Assembly: GCA_031935845.1 (NCBI GenBank)
Contig: JAJBWA010000026.1
Coordinates: 232-64,231 of the forward strand
Length of the DNA stretch: 64,000 bases
DNA from: a bacterium
GTDB lineage: Bacteria; Spirochaetota; Spirochaetia; Sphaerochaetales; Sphaerochaetaceae
Reading direction: 5' to 3'
The stretch's first letter is position 1, and each line of letters begins with the position of its first letter. Position numbers and translations under genes: made by a program. This document shows, piece by piece, positions 17,054 through 27,600 of the stretch. The notes under the pieces are model-generated. The model ran no database searches. It saw nothing but the letters and a program-made list of their open reading frames with translations, and was not told the origin of the DNA.

Positions 17054-19642
17054 ATGACGGATTTCAAGAAGCTTCCGGTCTATCAGAGCAGGCAGATGAT
17101 TCTGGATGCCCTTGAGGCAAACCAGGTCATCATAGTGGAAAGCCCCACAGGATCCGGAAAGACCACACAGATACCCATAATCCTCAAGGAAGCCGGATAT
17201 GCACAGCACGGCGTGATTGGAATCACGCAGCCGCGGCGCATAGCCACGCTCGGCGTCTGCTCGTACATCAAGACACAGATAGAACCGGAGGGTCTTCCGG
17301 AGAACTACTGCGGCTACAAGATGCGCTTCTACGACACCACGGATGTGAATACCAGGATCAAGATCCTTACCGACGGCATGCTGCTGCAGGAACTCAAGAC
17401 GGATTCCCTGCTCTCCCGATACAGCGTCATCATGGTGGACGAGGCCCACGAGCGCAGCCTGAACATAGACTTCATCCTGGGCCTGCTGAAGCAGATCATC
17501 GGACGCCGCCCGGAGCTCAAGGTCATAATCTCATCTGCCACGCTGAACACAAAGGTGTTCTCGCGCTTCTTCAATGACGCACCCATCATCTCCATCAAGA
17601 CCAGAGTCTATGACGTTGATGTAAAATACTTCCCGCTCAGGTCCAAGGGAGATACCGACGAGTGTGCCCATGCCGTCTGTACCGTGCTGAACCAGATCCT
17701 CAAGCGCTTCAAGGCAAGCGGATACACCGACAACGAGGACACGCTTGTTTTCCTGCCGGGTGAGTTCGACATCAAGACCACCATGCAGCAGATCTACTAC
17801 GAATGCGACCATGACAGGCTTCAGATCTACCCGCTGTATGGAAGGCTTAACAAGGAAGAACAGGAACTGGTCTTCAATCCCACTGAGCCGGGAAAGATGA
17901 AGGTGGTGCTTGCAACCAATATCGCAGAGACAAGCCTGACGATAGACGGAATCAGGATAGTGATCGACAGCGGTTATGCAAAGATAAACTACTACAACCA
18001 GACGGACTTCACCTCCGCACTGGTACTGCGCAACATCAGCCGCTCATCGGCCGAACAGCGCAAGGGCCGCGCAGGAAGGACATCGCCGGGCACCTGCTAC
18101 AGGCTTTACTCACGTGAGGACTACGAGGGCCGTCCGCTATGGACAACGGAGGAAATCCTGCGTACCGATCTTTCAGAGGTCGTCCTGCGCATGGTTGACC
18201 TTGCCATCTATGATTTCGAGAACTTCCCCTACATCACCAAGCCGGATCCGAAGGCAATCCAGAGCGGTGAGCGTACGTTGAGGCTTCTTGATGCCATAGA
18301 CGACATGCGCCACCTGACGTCCATAGGTGAAATCATGGTACGCTATCCCCTGCTTCCGCGCCATTCAAGGGCCATGGTGGAGGCACTGAAGCGCTACCCG
18401 CACATGATCAAGCCGGTTGCAATCTGTGTTGCGTTCCTCTCTGCAAAGACGCCGTTCGTGCTGCCGCCCGGAGAGGAAGACATTGCCAGAAGCGCACACA
18501 GACGCTTTGCCAACGCGTTCGGTGACTTCATCAGCTATCAGACAATCTACTGGAAATACAGCGCATTAATAGGCCAGAAGAAGCGCGAGGAGTTCTGCTC
18601 TTCCAATTATCTGGACATGCAGAGCATGGACGAAATCCTCCACATAACGGACCAGCTGTGCCAGATAACCGATGAGATGGGGATTCCCGTGAAGGAATGT
18701 GATGAGACGGATGCCGAGACCTTTGCACATGACCTTCTGGTCTGCATGGGCTCCGGACTTGTGCAGTACGTCTGCATACGCAAGCGTGCATCTGTCTACC
18801 GCACCCTGCTGACCGACGAGATATACATCCATCCCGGATCGGCGTGGTTCCGCAACCCGCCGCAGTATCTGCTTGCCGGCGAGATCGTCATGACCACCAA
18901 GATGTATGCCCGCACGGTATCACCGCTTTACGTGGACTGGGTACCGGAAATCTCGAAGGGAGTTGCCGACAAGCTGAAGAAGATGGCAAAGGAATCCGAG
19001 ATGCGTGACAGACGCTCCGGACGCGGTCGTGAAGAATCACGCTCACGTCAGGGCGGAAGATCGTCATCACGTGCAGCCGGAATCGATTCAAGGGCTTCTG
19101 AAGAAGCAGGTACAAAGGTTTCACGCATCTACGGCTTCGAGTTCCCGGTCATCAAGGATATCGGGAAGAAGAACACCCGCAACATCGTGGTCATTCCTTC
19201 AGCTGACCTCCCTGCCCTTGCCAAGTCATTCAGGCGCGCGTCCAGACATCCCAAGGGAATTGCGGCCACAATCCTGTACAACGGCTCCTATGTGGCATAC
19301 GGAGAGCGCCTCTATGACGTGATAAGCCTTGAAGGACGCATAGACTTCTCGCCGGAAGGCTACGTCCCCGCGCCTTCGCAGGATGTATGGAATCTCGGCA
19401 ACATAGACGACCTTCTCCCCCACCTGAAGGATGTGATGAAGCTGTCTTCCCTGAAGGAAAAAGGAAAGCTCGGATTCGTGGAGCTTCTGGTTTCCGGCAA
19501 AGGCAGCGTGTTCTTCCATGTGAACCGCAGCTTCACCGATGCGGTGAACAACACGGCCTATACTCTGCTGGGAATAATGGATGAGGTCGATCTTCCTGAA
19601 CTTCGCAGGACCTACAACCGCATCCTGCGCATGCTGGACTAG
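17054..19642 (+). CDS. hrpA: DEAH-box ATP-dependent RNA helicase, HrpA/HrpB family
   Basis: GSGKTTQ, DEAHER, SATL, TNIAETSLTI and QRKGRAGR motifs. ATG directly abuts the hisS stop (TGAATG). Arg/Ser-rich segment near residue 650. Confidence 0.85.
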   Translation: MTDFKKLPVYQSRQMILDALEANQVIIVESPTGSGKTTQIPIILKEAGYAQHGVIGITQPRRIATLGVCSYIKTQIEPEGLPENYCGYKMRFYDTTDVNTRIKILTDGMLLQELKTDSLLSRYSVIMVDEAHERSLNIDFILGLLKQIIGRRPELKVIISSATLNTKVFSRFFNDAPIISIKTRVYDVDVKYFPLRSKGDTDECAHAVCTVLNQILKRFKASGYTDNEDTLVFLPGEFDIKTTMQQIYYECDHDRLQIYPLYGRLNKEEQELVFNPTEPGKMKVVLATNIAETSLTIDGIRIVIDSGYAKINYYNQTDFTSALVLRNISRSSAEQRKGRAGRTSPGTCYRLYSREDYEGRPLWTTEEILRTDLSEVVLRMVDLAIYDFENFPYITKPDPKAIQSGERTLRLLDAIDDMRHLTSIGEIMVRYPLLPRHSRAMVEALKRYPHMIKPVAICVAFLSAKTPFVLPPGEEDIARSAHRRFANAFGDFISYQTIYWKYSALIGQKKREEFCSSNYLDMQSMDEILHITDQLCQITDEMGIPVKECDETDAETFAHDLLVCMGSGLVQYVCIRKRASVYRTLLTDEIYIHPGSAWFRNPPQYLLAGEIVMTTKMYARTVSPLYVDWVPEISKGVADKLKKMAKESEMRDRRSGRGREESRSRQGGRSSSRAAGIDSRASEEAGTKVSRIYGFEFPVIKDIGKKNTRNIVVIPSADLPALAKSFRRASRHPKGIAATILYNGSYVAYGERLYDVISLEGRIDFSPEGYVPAPSQDVWNLGNIDDLLPHLKDVMKLSSLKEKGKLGFVELLVSGKGSVFFHVNRSFTDAVNNTAYTLLGIMDEVDLPELRRTYNRILRMLD

Positions 19643-19683
19643 TCCGATGCCCCGATAATCCTGCATTTTATCCGTTTCCTCAA

Positions 19684-19712
19684 TTGAAGTAGCTCTGATT
19701 TGGATGTAGAAT
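19684..19712 (+). promoter_or_regulatory. candidate promoter TTGAAG-N17-TAGAAT, 6 nt from the ATG
   Basis: TTGAAG at 19684-19689, a 17-nt spacer, TAGAAT at 19707-19712, then ttcttc and ATG 19719. Confidence 0.45.
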
Positions 19713-19718
19713 TTCTTC

Positions 19719-20762
19719 ATGCGCGAATTCCTGAACTGTCTTGGAACCAAAGTGTTCATGGCCGACAATTTCTCCGACCTGTCCTATCATGTCGGAACGT
19801 ACGGCAACAACACACTGTGGGTCTGTGACTCCAACACAGCCAGGATGGTCAGGCCCCTTCCCAAGCCGAACGTAATACTCGAAGCCGGTGAATCATCAAA
19901 AAGCTTCACATGTCTTGAGCGCATCATCACCGTAGCCATGGACAGCAACCTTGGGCGCGACTGCACTTTCATTGCCCTGGGCGGCGGAATGATCTGCGAC
20001 ATCACGGCCTTTGCGGCGTCTGTCTACATGCGCGGCTGCAAGGTCATACTCATCCCCACTACTTTGGTCAGCATGGCATCGTCCGTTCTTGGCGGAAAGA
20101 CCTCCATAAACTTCAGGTTCGCAAAGGACATCGTAGGAACGTTCTTTCCTGCAAACGAGGTCCTGATCTGCACGGATTCGCTGAAGTCACTGCCGGCAAA
20201 GGAATACATGAACGGATTCGCGGAAGTGCTCAAGCACAGCCTCCTGACCAAGGACGACTCTCTCTTCAACATCGTTGCAAAAGATAAGCAGAAGATCATG
20301 GACAGGGATACGGAGACCCTCAAGAAGGTCATCTCCATTTCACTGAAAATAAAGAAATCCTATGTAGACAACGATCCTTACGACAGGCTCGGCCTGCGGG
20401 CAGCGCTGAATCTGGGCAGCACGCTGGCCTACGCCCTTGAAGGAATGTCGCGCCTGCAATGGTCATCAGGCCAGGCTGTTGCATGGGGCGTGTGCAAATC
20501 CATGGAAATCAGCCGAGAGCTCGGAATCTGCTCCCCTGATTTCGCCGCCGGTGTGATAAAGCTGTTTGCATTCTACGGATTCGACGTCAATTACCGAATC
20601 CAGCGCGGAGACTGGATGGACTACCGTGTGCAGCTGAACAAGAACAGGAAAGGCATCAACGGTGTGCCCAGCTTCGTGCTTCTGAAGGATCAGGGAGAGT
20701 ATGACATACGCACTGTTGACGAGGAGCTGATCAAGGGCATCGTCATGGTTCCCTCCGTCTGA
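19719..20762 (+). CDS. 3-dehydroquinate synthase-like protein (non-canonical active site)
   Basis: GGGMICDITAFAASVYMRGCKVILIPTTLVSMASSVLGGKTSINF aligns to the AroB NAD/substrate region. The metal and catalytic His positions are substituted (see findings). Confidence 0.8.
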   Translation: MREFLNCLGTKVFMADNFSDLSYHVGTYGNNTLWVCDSNTARMVRPLPKPNVILEAGESSKSFTCLERIITVAMDSNLGRDCTFIALGGGMICDITAFAASVYMRGCKVILIPTTLVSMASSVLGGKTSINFRFAKDIVGTFFPANEVLICTDSLKSLPAKEYMNGFAEVLKHSLLTKDDSLFNIVAKDKQKIMDRDTETLKKVISISLKIKKSYVDNDPYDRLGLRAALNLGSTLAYALEGMSRLQWSSGQAVAWGVCKSMEISRELGICSPDFAAGVIKLFAFYGFDVNYRIQRGDWMDYRVQLNKNRKGINGVPSFVLLKDQGEYDIRTVDEELIKGIVMVPSV

Positions 20763-20776
20763 TTTCCCCTTACCAC

Positions 20777-20805
20777 TTGGATTACTTCCGATTATTGAAT
20801 AAGAT
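20777..20805 (+). promoter_or_regulatory. candidate promoter TTGGAT-N17-TAAGAT, 6 nt from the ATG
   Basis: TTGGAT at 20777-20782, a 17-nt spacer, TAAGAT at 20800-20805, then agggtc and ATG 20812. Confidence 0.4.
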
Positions 20806-20811
20806 AGGGTC

Positions 20812-21975
20812 ATGCACTATTTCGACTGGACGGCCACAAGCCCGATGGGGCACAAGGCCTTGGAAGTATATACCGACACAGCTGCAAGATACATAGGCAA
20901 CCCCTCTTCCACGCATCCGCTTGGCGCGGATGCAAAGGCACGTCTTGAGGCCGAGCGTTCATCCGTAGCTTCCCTGCTTGGTGTCCGGGCTTCTGAAATC
21001 TACTTCACAAGCGGCGGGACAGAGAGCAATTCAATAGTGCTTTCCTCACTGCTGAATTCACCTTCTCCAGGAGAAATCATAACAACCGCAATCGAGCATT
21101 CAGCTATCCTGGAATGGAAGAAGACGCTGGAAGGCGCCGGCTGGAAGTTCACCGCATTACGCTGCCCCGGCGGCTATCTTGATCCTTCGTCACTCAGGGA
21201 AGCCCTGAACGACAAGGTCCGCATGGTTGCGTTCATGAAGGTGAACAACGTGACGGGAACGGTTCTGGACACATCAGCTTTGGTCAGAGTCGTGCGTGAT
21301 TTTGAAAAGACAATAGGACGCAGGATCCACATCCACTGCGATGCCGTCCAGGCTTTGGGAAAGATTCCGTTCTTCCCTTCCGGGGAAGATCTGGACAGTG
21401 CATCATTCAGCGCCCACAAGTTCTGCGGCCCGCGCGGGGTGGGAATACTGTACAACCGCAACAAGGCAGTGCTGGCACTCTCACGTGGCGGCGGACAGGA
21501 AAAAGGTCTCAGGCCTGGTACGGAAAACCTTGCCGGAATCTGTGCAATGGGCGCGGAACTTAGTGTTGCAATGTCATCGCTTAAGGCTGAATTTGATAGA
21601 ATTTTGGCATTTAGAACCAAAATTGAAGATGCCGTAACCGGTGCCGGATATACTCTGATATCACCGTCATGCAGGAGCAAAATGGAGTTTTCTCCTTACA
21701 TAATAAACATTTGTGCAAAGCCCATACCCTCAGAGGTATTCCTCAGGGTCATGGCGGACAAAGGATTCTGTCTTTCATCAGGCAGCGCATGCTCGTCCAA
21801 CTCGAAGGGAAAGGCTGAAAGCGTCCTGACGGCAATGAACATAGACCCTGCTTCAAGGATGTCCAGCATCCGCATTTCAATGGGTAGAGGGACAACGGAA
21901 TCCGAAACGGATGATCTGTGTGCAGCGCTCGTGACTGCAGCAAAGGAACTTGGAATCTGCAATGGAAAGAATTGA
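20812..21975 (+). CDS. cysteine desulfurase (class V aminotransferase, NifS/NifZ-like)
   Basis: PLP lysine in SAHKFCGPRGVGILY. Catalytic Cys loop LSSGSACSS. Sits directly upstream of and overlapping thiI. Confidence 0.88.
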   Translation: MHYFDWTATSPMGHKALEVYTDTAARYIGNPSSTHPLGADAKARLEAERSSVASLLGVRASEIYFTSGGTESNSIVLSSLLNSPSPGEIITTAIEHSAILEWKKTLEGAGWKFTALRCPGGYLDPSSLREALNDKVRMVAFMKVNNVTGTVLDTSALVRVVRDFEKTIGRRIHIHCDAVQALGKIPFFPSGEDLDSASFSAHKFCGPRGVGILYNRNKAVLALSRGGGQEKGLRPGTENLAGICAMGAELSVAMSSLKAEFDRILAFRTKIEDAVTGAGYTLISPSCRSKMEFSPYIINICAKPIPSEVFLRVMADKGFCLSSGSACSSNSKGKAESVLTAMNIDPASRMSSIRISMGRGTTESETDDLCAALVTAAKELGICNGKN

Positions 21976-23158
21976 TACAAAGGAAATGAACCTTTATCTC
22001 ATCCGTCTTGGAGAGATATCGCTCAAAGGCCTGAACAGGAACTTCTTCGAGAAGAAACTCAAGAACAATATAAAGCTCAAGATCCACCCGTACAGGAGCC
22101 TTCTTACTCGTGAGAAAGGCCGCTTTTATCTCTATGTCTCCAAGGATTGCCCCGAGGAAATTATACTGAAGACGCTCAGGACCACATTCGGTGTAGTCGG
22201 TTTCTCAAAGGCCCTTGTCTGTGACAAGGACTGGAACCAGATTGTCGCGAATGCAAAGGCACTGATCGAGAATGAACCGTTTGCCGACGGCACCGGAACC
22301 TTCAAGGTGGAATGCCGTCGTGGAGACAAGAACTTCTTCATGAACAGCTATCAGATAGAGTCAGAGCTCGGCGGAGTCGTGCTTGACCGCTATCCCGACA
22401 TGAAAGTCAAGGTGAAGAATCCCGAGAAGGAGCTGCGCGTTGAGATCCGCGACAAAGCATACATGTACACTTCTCCCATACCAGGTCCGGGAGGCCTTCC
22501 CGTAGGAACCGCAGGCAAAGGCCTTCTGCTTCTGTCCGGTGGCATAGATTCACCCGTTGCCGGGTGGCGCATGGCAAAGCGCGGACTCAAGCAGGACTGC
22601 CTCTATTTCCACGCCTACCCCTACACTTCCGACATGGCTCTCCAGAAGGTCAAGGACCTTGCCCGCATAATAGCTCCCTACAACCAGGGCACCAACCTTG
22701 TTGTGGTGAACTTCACCGAATGCGAGCTCTGGATAAAGGATCATTCCAAGGAAGAGGAACACACCCTCATGATGCGCGCCTGCATGATGAAGGTAGCCAA
22801 CATGATTGCCAAGGCACGCGAGTGCAAGGTTCTGGTCACCGGAGAAGCACTGGGACAGGTTGCTTCACAGACCCTTGAGAGCATGTGCTTCACCAACAGC
22901 ATGTCCGAACTTCCCGTGCTGCGCCCTCTTGTGGCAATGGACAAGGAAGAAATCATTTCAACCGCACGTCAGATAGGAACGTTCGAGACAAGCATCCTTC
23001 CCTACGACGACTGCTGCGTGATTTTCAGTCCCAAGCATCCGCTCGTAAGGCCGGAAGTGGATCAGGAGCAGAAATCCTTCATGGACATGAACATCGACGA
23101 GCTTCTGGCCAAATGCGTATCGGAAGCAGAGGAATTCGAGATTAGCTACCATGTCTGA
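21962..23158 (+). CDS. thiI: tRNA 4-thiouridine synthase ThiI (no rhodanese domain)
   Basis: LIRLGEISLKGLNR (THUMP N-terminus), PP-loop LSGGIDSPVA, and YDDCCVIFSPKHP. The start is uncertain: ATG 21962 or ATG 21986. Confidence 0.88.
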   Translation: MERIDTKEMNLYLIRLGEISLKGLNRNFFEKKLKNNIKLKIHPYRSLLTREKGRFYLYVSKDCPEEIILKTLRTTFGVVGFSKALVCDKDWNQIVANAKALIENEPFADGTGTFKVECRRGDKNFFMNSYQIESELGGVVLDRYPDMKVKVKNPEKELRVEIRDKAYMYTSPIPGPGGLPVGTAGKGLLLLSGGIDSPVAGWRMAKRGLKQDCLYFHAYPYTSDMALQKVKDLARIIAPYNQGTNLVVVNFTECELWIKDHSKEEEHTLMMRACMMKVANMIAKARECKVLVTGEALGQVASQTLESMCFTNSMSELPVLRPLVAMDKEEIISTARQIGTFETSILPYDDCCVIFSPKHPLVRPEVDQEQKSFMDMNIDELLAKCVSEAEEFEISYHV

Positions 23159-23756
23159 CCACCGCCACGGACAACACCGCCCGCACGTTCATGGGCACGA
23201 AAACACCTTCCGCGCATTCCTGGCACTGGACCTCGAGTCAGATGCCCGCCACGAGCTGTCAAGGCTTGCGGCTCTGCTGAAGGAACAGTGCCACGGCTCA
23301 TATCCTCCCTCCGAAATGTACCATATGACGCTTGCCTTCCTGGGAGACATCACGCTCAATCAGGCGGAAATGCTCATGAATGTCCTTGAGGATGTGTGTG
23401 ACAGGTATGAGCCGTTTGAACTGAAGCTGTGCAGGCTGGGCTTTTTCGGTCAGCCGGAATCAGGAACGGTCTTCTGCTCCACGGAAAGAAACAACACTCT
23501 GCTTTCCCTTGCACAGGATGTCTACCGTGCGGCCTGGGATGTCAGGATTCCGTTTGACGACAAGCAGTTCCGCGCCCACATAACCCTTGGCAGACGCGTA
23601 GACCTCAGCCCCCTGAGACTTAATTCAATTGAAGTGAATCACGTGCCTTTCACAGTAAAGGGAATCACGCTCTACAAGAGCATCCTCCGCCCTTCCGGTC
23701 CCATCTACGAAAAGATCTCCTTCAGCGCCTTCACAAAGACTCAAGCAACGAAGTGA
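23151..23756 (+). CDS. thpR: RNA 2',3'-cyclic phosphodiesterase / 2'-5' RNA ligase family (ThpR/LigT)
   Basis: Two HxT motifs (HMTLAFLG and HITLGR). His-rich N-terminus MSDHRHGQHRPHVHGH. Overlaps the thiI stop by 8 nt. Confidence 0.8.
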   Translation: MSDHRHGQHRPHVHGHENTFRAFLALDLESDARHELSRLAALLKEQCHGSYPPSEMYHMTLAFLGDITLNQAEMLMNVLEDVCDRYEPFELKLCRLGFFGQPESGTVFCSTERNNTLLSLAQDVYRAAWDVRIPFDDKQFRAHITLGRRVDLSPLRLNSIEVNHVPFTVKGITLYKSILRPSGPIYEKISFSAFTKTQATK

Positions 23757-24633
23757 TTACCTGGATAATCGAGTCTTTCTGCTCCTGGGAAAGCAGCATG
23801 CCGTTGACGCTGACGGTATTGAGCTGCTGAGTGAACATTTCCTTGAGTTCAGCCACATTCACCTTGATTCCTTCACGCCTTAGATTGCCGACATAGCTTG
23901 CCTTGATGAGAATGGAGAACGAATCAGCCAGATCTTCACTCTTCAGACGGAAATCAGCGGTGATTGTGTCATCATCCATAACCATGAGGATGGTATCGAT
24001 GTTGGACAGTGATTGTTCGTTGATATCGAAACCAAGGTTAATCATTGTCCTGGGATTGGATATATACACTCCGACCTGTGAAGCTGCAAGCTTTGCGGCA
24101 TCTTCTGCGGAGATATGGGCCGGACGACCCTCAGTGTATGTCTGTCTGTAGTTTGCAACAACATCAGTCGAAGAGAACAGTATGATGCCGTTTGCCGGAA
24201 TGGCTGCCTCAAGGCCGCTCTGTGAGTCAATGAAGAACTTGAGCTTGGTATCCTTGTCCTTTTCACTGCTGAACAACGAATTCAGGGACAGGGCACTGCT
24301 TACCAGCGTCTTGGAGAAATTTCCCTCTATTGCTCCGTAATAATCGAACTCGGAGAAATCCTCGGTAACCGGTCCTGCCGTACCCTTGCTGTCATACAGG
24401 GCAACGGAAAGCCTTGTCATCCTGTCGGTGATGTAGTTCACGCCGGCATCATCGGAAGTGATGTAGTCATCCACATCAAGAAGCTCGGCGTTTATGGTAA
24501 CGACGAACTCACCGTCAAGACCAAGTCCCTGGAAATACTGCTCGTCCCCTATCGGACTCCTTGTGACACAGGAGCTGAAAAGCAGGACAAGCAGAAGCAG
24601 AGCCAGGAATGTAAGTCTGACGGTGCGTTTCAT
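23731..24633 (-). CDS. hypothetical lipoprotein
   Basis: MKRTVRLTFLALLLLVLLFSSC has a signal peptide and a lipobox-like FSSC. Lies 16 nt downstream of ileS on the same strand. Confidence 0.7.
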   Translation of the reverse strand: MKRTVRLTFLALLLLVLLFSSCVTRSPIGDEQYFQGLGLDGEFVVTINAELLDVDDYITSDDAGVNYITDRMTRLSVALYDSKGTAGPVTEDFSEFDYYGAIEGNFSKTLVSSALSLNSLFSSEKDKDTKLKFFIDSQSGLEAAIPANGIILFSSTDVVANYRQTYTEGRPAHISAEDAAKLAASQVGVYISNPRTMINLGFDINEQSLSNIDTILMVMDDDTITADFRLKSEDLADSFSILIKASYVGNLRREGIKVNVAELKEMFTQQLNTVSVNGMLLSQEQKDSIIQVITSLLESL

Positions 24634-24649
24634 CTATACCTCGATATAC

Positions 24650-27600
24650 TCAGGCCTTGCGGATGCTGAGCCTGACTCCGAAATCATTCTCGGGCACATC
24701 AAGGCCGGCGTTGAACGAAGAAGAAACCGTAAGGGTCTCCGATTCGATCATTGACCTGAACTGCTCGAATGCGGCCTTGACGTCATCGTCACCGCCGATT
24801 TCAAGGATGATTCTGTCGGAAACATCAAAGCCGCTTTCCTTCCTGAGAGTCTGGATGGCGCGGATGATGTCGCGGGCAAGACCTTCATTCAGAAGGTTCT
24901 GGTCGACCTCTGTATCGAAACCGACGGTAAGCTGACCTTCGTTCAGGACCTTGAGGTTCTCCTTCTCCGTCCTCTGGATCACCAGATCGGATGCAGAGAC
25001 CTCGACCTTCTGGTCGTCGCCGAAATCAATCTCATGTGACTTGCCTTCCAGGATCTGTGCGATCTTCTCGGATCTGATCTGCTGGATCTTGGCTGCGACT
25101 TCCTTCATGGCCTTTCCGAGCTTGGCTCCCAGGATCTTGAAGTTGGCCTTTGCGCTGTAGTCGACAAGATCGGTCTCGTCTGAGTTGATCTCGACTTCCT
25201 TGACGTTGAGCTCCTCTGCGATGATATCCGACATATCGGAAAGGATCTTGCGGTCCTCATCGTCACGGTCCACAAGGAAGAGCTTCTTCAGCGGCTGCCT
25301 TGTCTTGAGGTTGTATGCACTTCTGAGGGATCTTCCCATCACGATTGCGTGCATGGTGAGGTCCATCATCTTCTCAAGGGCATAATCCCTGTGCTTCTTC
25401 TCGTAGACGGGATAATCGCAGAGATGCACGCTCTCGGGGTCTGTCGGCCTGCGTAGGTTCTGGTATATCTCCTCGCAGATGAACGGGATGACCGGACAGG
25501 CAAGCTTGATGAATGTCATAAGCACCTTGTAAAGGGTGTTGTATGCCATCTTCTTGTCGCCGTCGTTCTCGCTCTTCCAGAATCTCCTTCTGCTGCGGCG
25601 GATGTACCAGTTGTTCAGCTTGTCCATGAAGGCCAGCAGGTATCCGCAGGCTCTCTGGATGTCGTAGTTGCCAAGGGCGTCATCCATGTTGGCCGTCAGC
25701 TCTTCCGTTACGGAAATCATCCAGCGGTCAAGAGGATTGGTCAGCTTCTCGTACGGAGTGTCGTCCGGCTCGTATTTGTCCAGGTTTGCATATGTCACGA
25801 AGAAGGAATAGGAGTTCCACAGAGGCAGGATAAGGCTCTTGAGAACATCCTTGACCATCTGGTCCGAGAACTTGACGTCATCGGCATGGACTGCAGCACT
25901 GTTCATGAGTGCAAAACGCAGTGAATCAGCACCGAACTTGTTGACCAGGATCATCGGGTCGGTGAAGTTGCCCTTGCTCTTGGACATCTTCTCTCCGTCT
26001 TCTGCAAGGATGATTCCGTTGGTGACGTTATGCAGGAACGCGGGCTTGTCGAACAGGGCCGTAGCCATGATGGTCAGCGTGTAGAACCATCCGCGGGTCT
26101 GGTCAAGACCTTCGGAGATGAAGTCGGCCGGGAATGTCTTGGCAAAACGCTCCTTGTTCTCGAACGGATAATGAAGCTGGCCGTAAGGCATGCTTCCGCT
26201 CTCGAACCAGCAGTCCAGTACATCGGGCACCCTTCTCATGGTTCCCTTTCCGTCGGGACTGGGCCATGTCAGGTTGTCGACATAGTGCTTGTGCAGGTCG
26301 GTGACCTTCTGTCCGCACTTCTTCTCGAGCTCCTCGATGGAGCCGATTACCTCTACGTAATCCGAGCCGTCGCACTGCCACACGGGAATCGGGTTGCCCC
26401 AGAAGCGGTTTCTGGAGATTGCCCAGTCACGGGCACCCTCGAGCCACTTCCCGAAACGTCCGTCCCTGAGGTGTTCGGGAACCCAGACGACCTTCTTGTT
26501 GTTTGCAACCATCTTGTCCTTGATTGCAGTGACCTTGACGAACCAGCAGTCCATGGCCCTGTAGATCAGGGGAGTTCCGGTTCTCCAGCAGAACGGATAG
26601 CTGTGAAGGTAATTCTCCCTCTTGACCAGCTTTCCCTCGTCCCTGAGTCTCTGGATGATTGGCTTGTCCGCATCCTTGACGAACAGACCTTCGTAATCCT
26701 TTACCTCGGAAGTGAACTTGCACTCGTCGTCAATGGGGCAGATTACGGGAATACCGGTGCCCTTGAGGACGTTGTAGTCATCCTCACCGAAACCGGGAGC
26801 CGTATGGACGATTCCGCATCCGTCTTCTGTTGTGACATAGTCACCCAGAACGGTCACGAAAGCACCCTTGTCGTAGAGATCTGCAAAGTAGTCGAACAGC
26901 GGGTAGTAGCGCATTCCGGCCAGTTCCCTGCCCTTGTACTCCTCCAGGATCTCGTAAGCGCTCTCGTCCTTGTAGTAGGAACCGAGCCTTGACTTGCCCA
27001 GGATGTACTTGTCGCCACTTTCTTTGTCCAGGATCTTCACGTAATCGATATCCGGACCCATGGCCAGAGCAAGGTTGGAAGGAAGCGTCCACGGAGTCGT
27101 TGTCCATGCCAGGAAATAGGTATCCTCAGTTCCCCTGACCTTGAATCTGACGGTGATGGCGGGATCGGTGACGTCCTTGTAACCGCCCAAGTTCACCTCC
27201 ATGTTCGAAAGCGGGCATCCGAGACCGGGGCTGTACGGAAGGATGTTGTATCCCTTGTAGATGAGTCCCTTGTCATAGAGTGACTTGAACACCCACCAGA
27301 TGCTCTCCATGAAGTTGATGTCCATGGTCTTGTAGCCGTGTCTGAAGTCGACCCAGCGTCCCATGCGGTTGATGGTGTTCTCCCAGTCGCTGGTGAAGCG
27401 AAGGACTATTGAGCGGCACTCCTCGTTGTACTTGGCAACGCCGTACTCGTTGATTTCCCTTGCGCTGGAGATTCCGAGCTTCTTCTTCATCTCGTTCTCC
27501 ACCGGAAGTCCGTGGCAGTCCCATCCCCAGTTCCTGTAGACCCTCTTTCCCTTCATGGTCTGGTATCTGGGAATGATGTCCTTGATGGTACCCGGGACAA

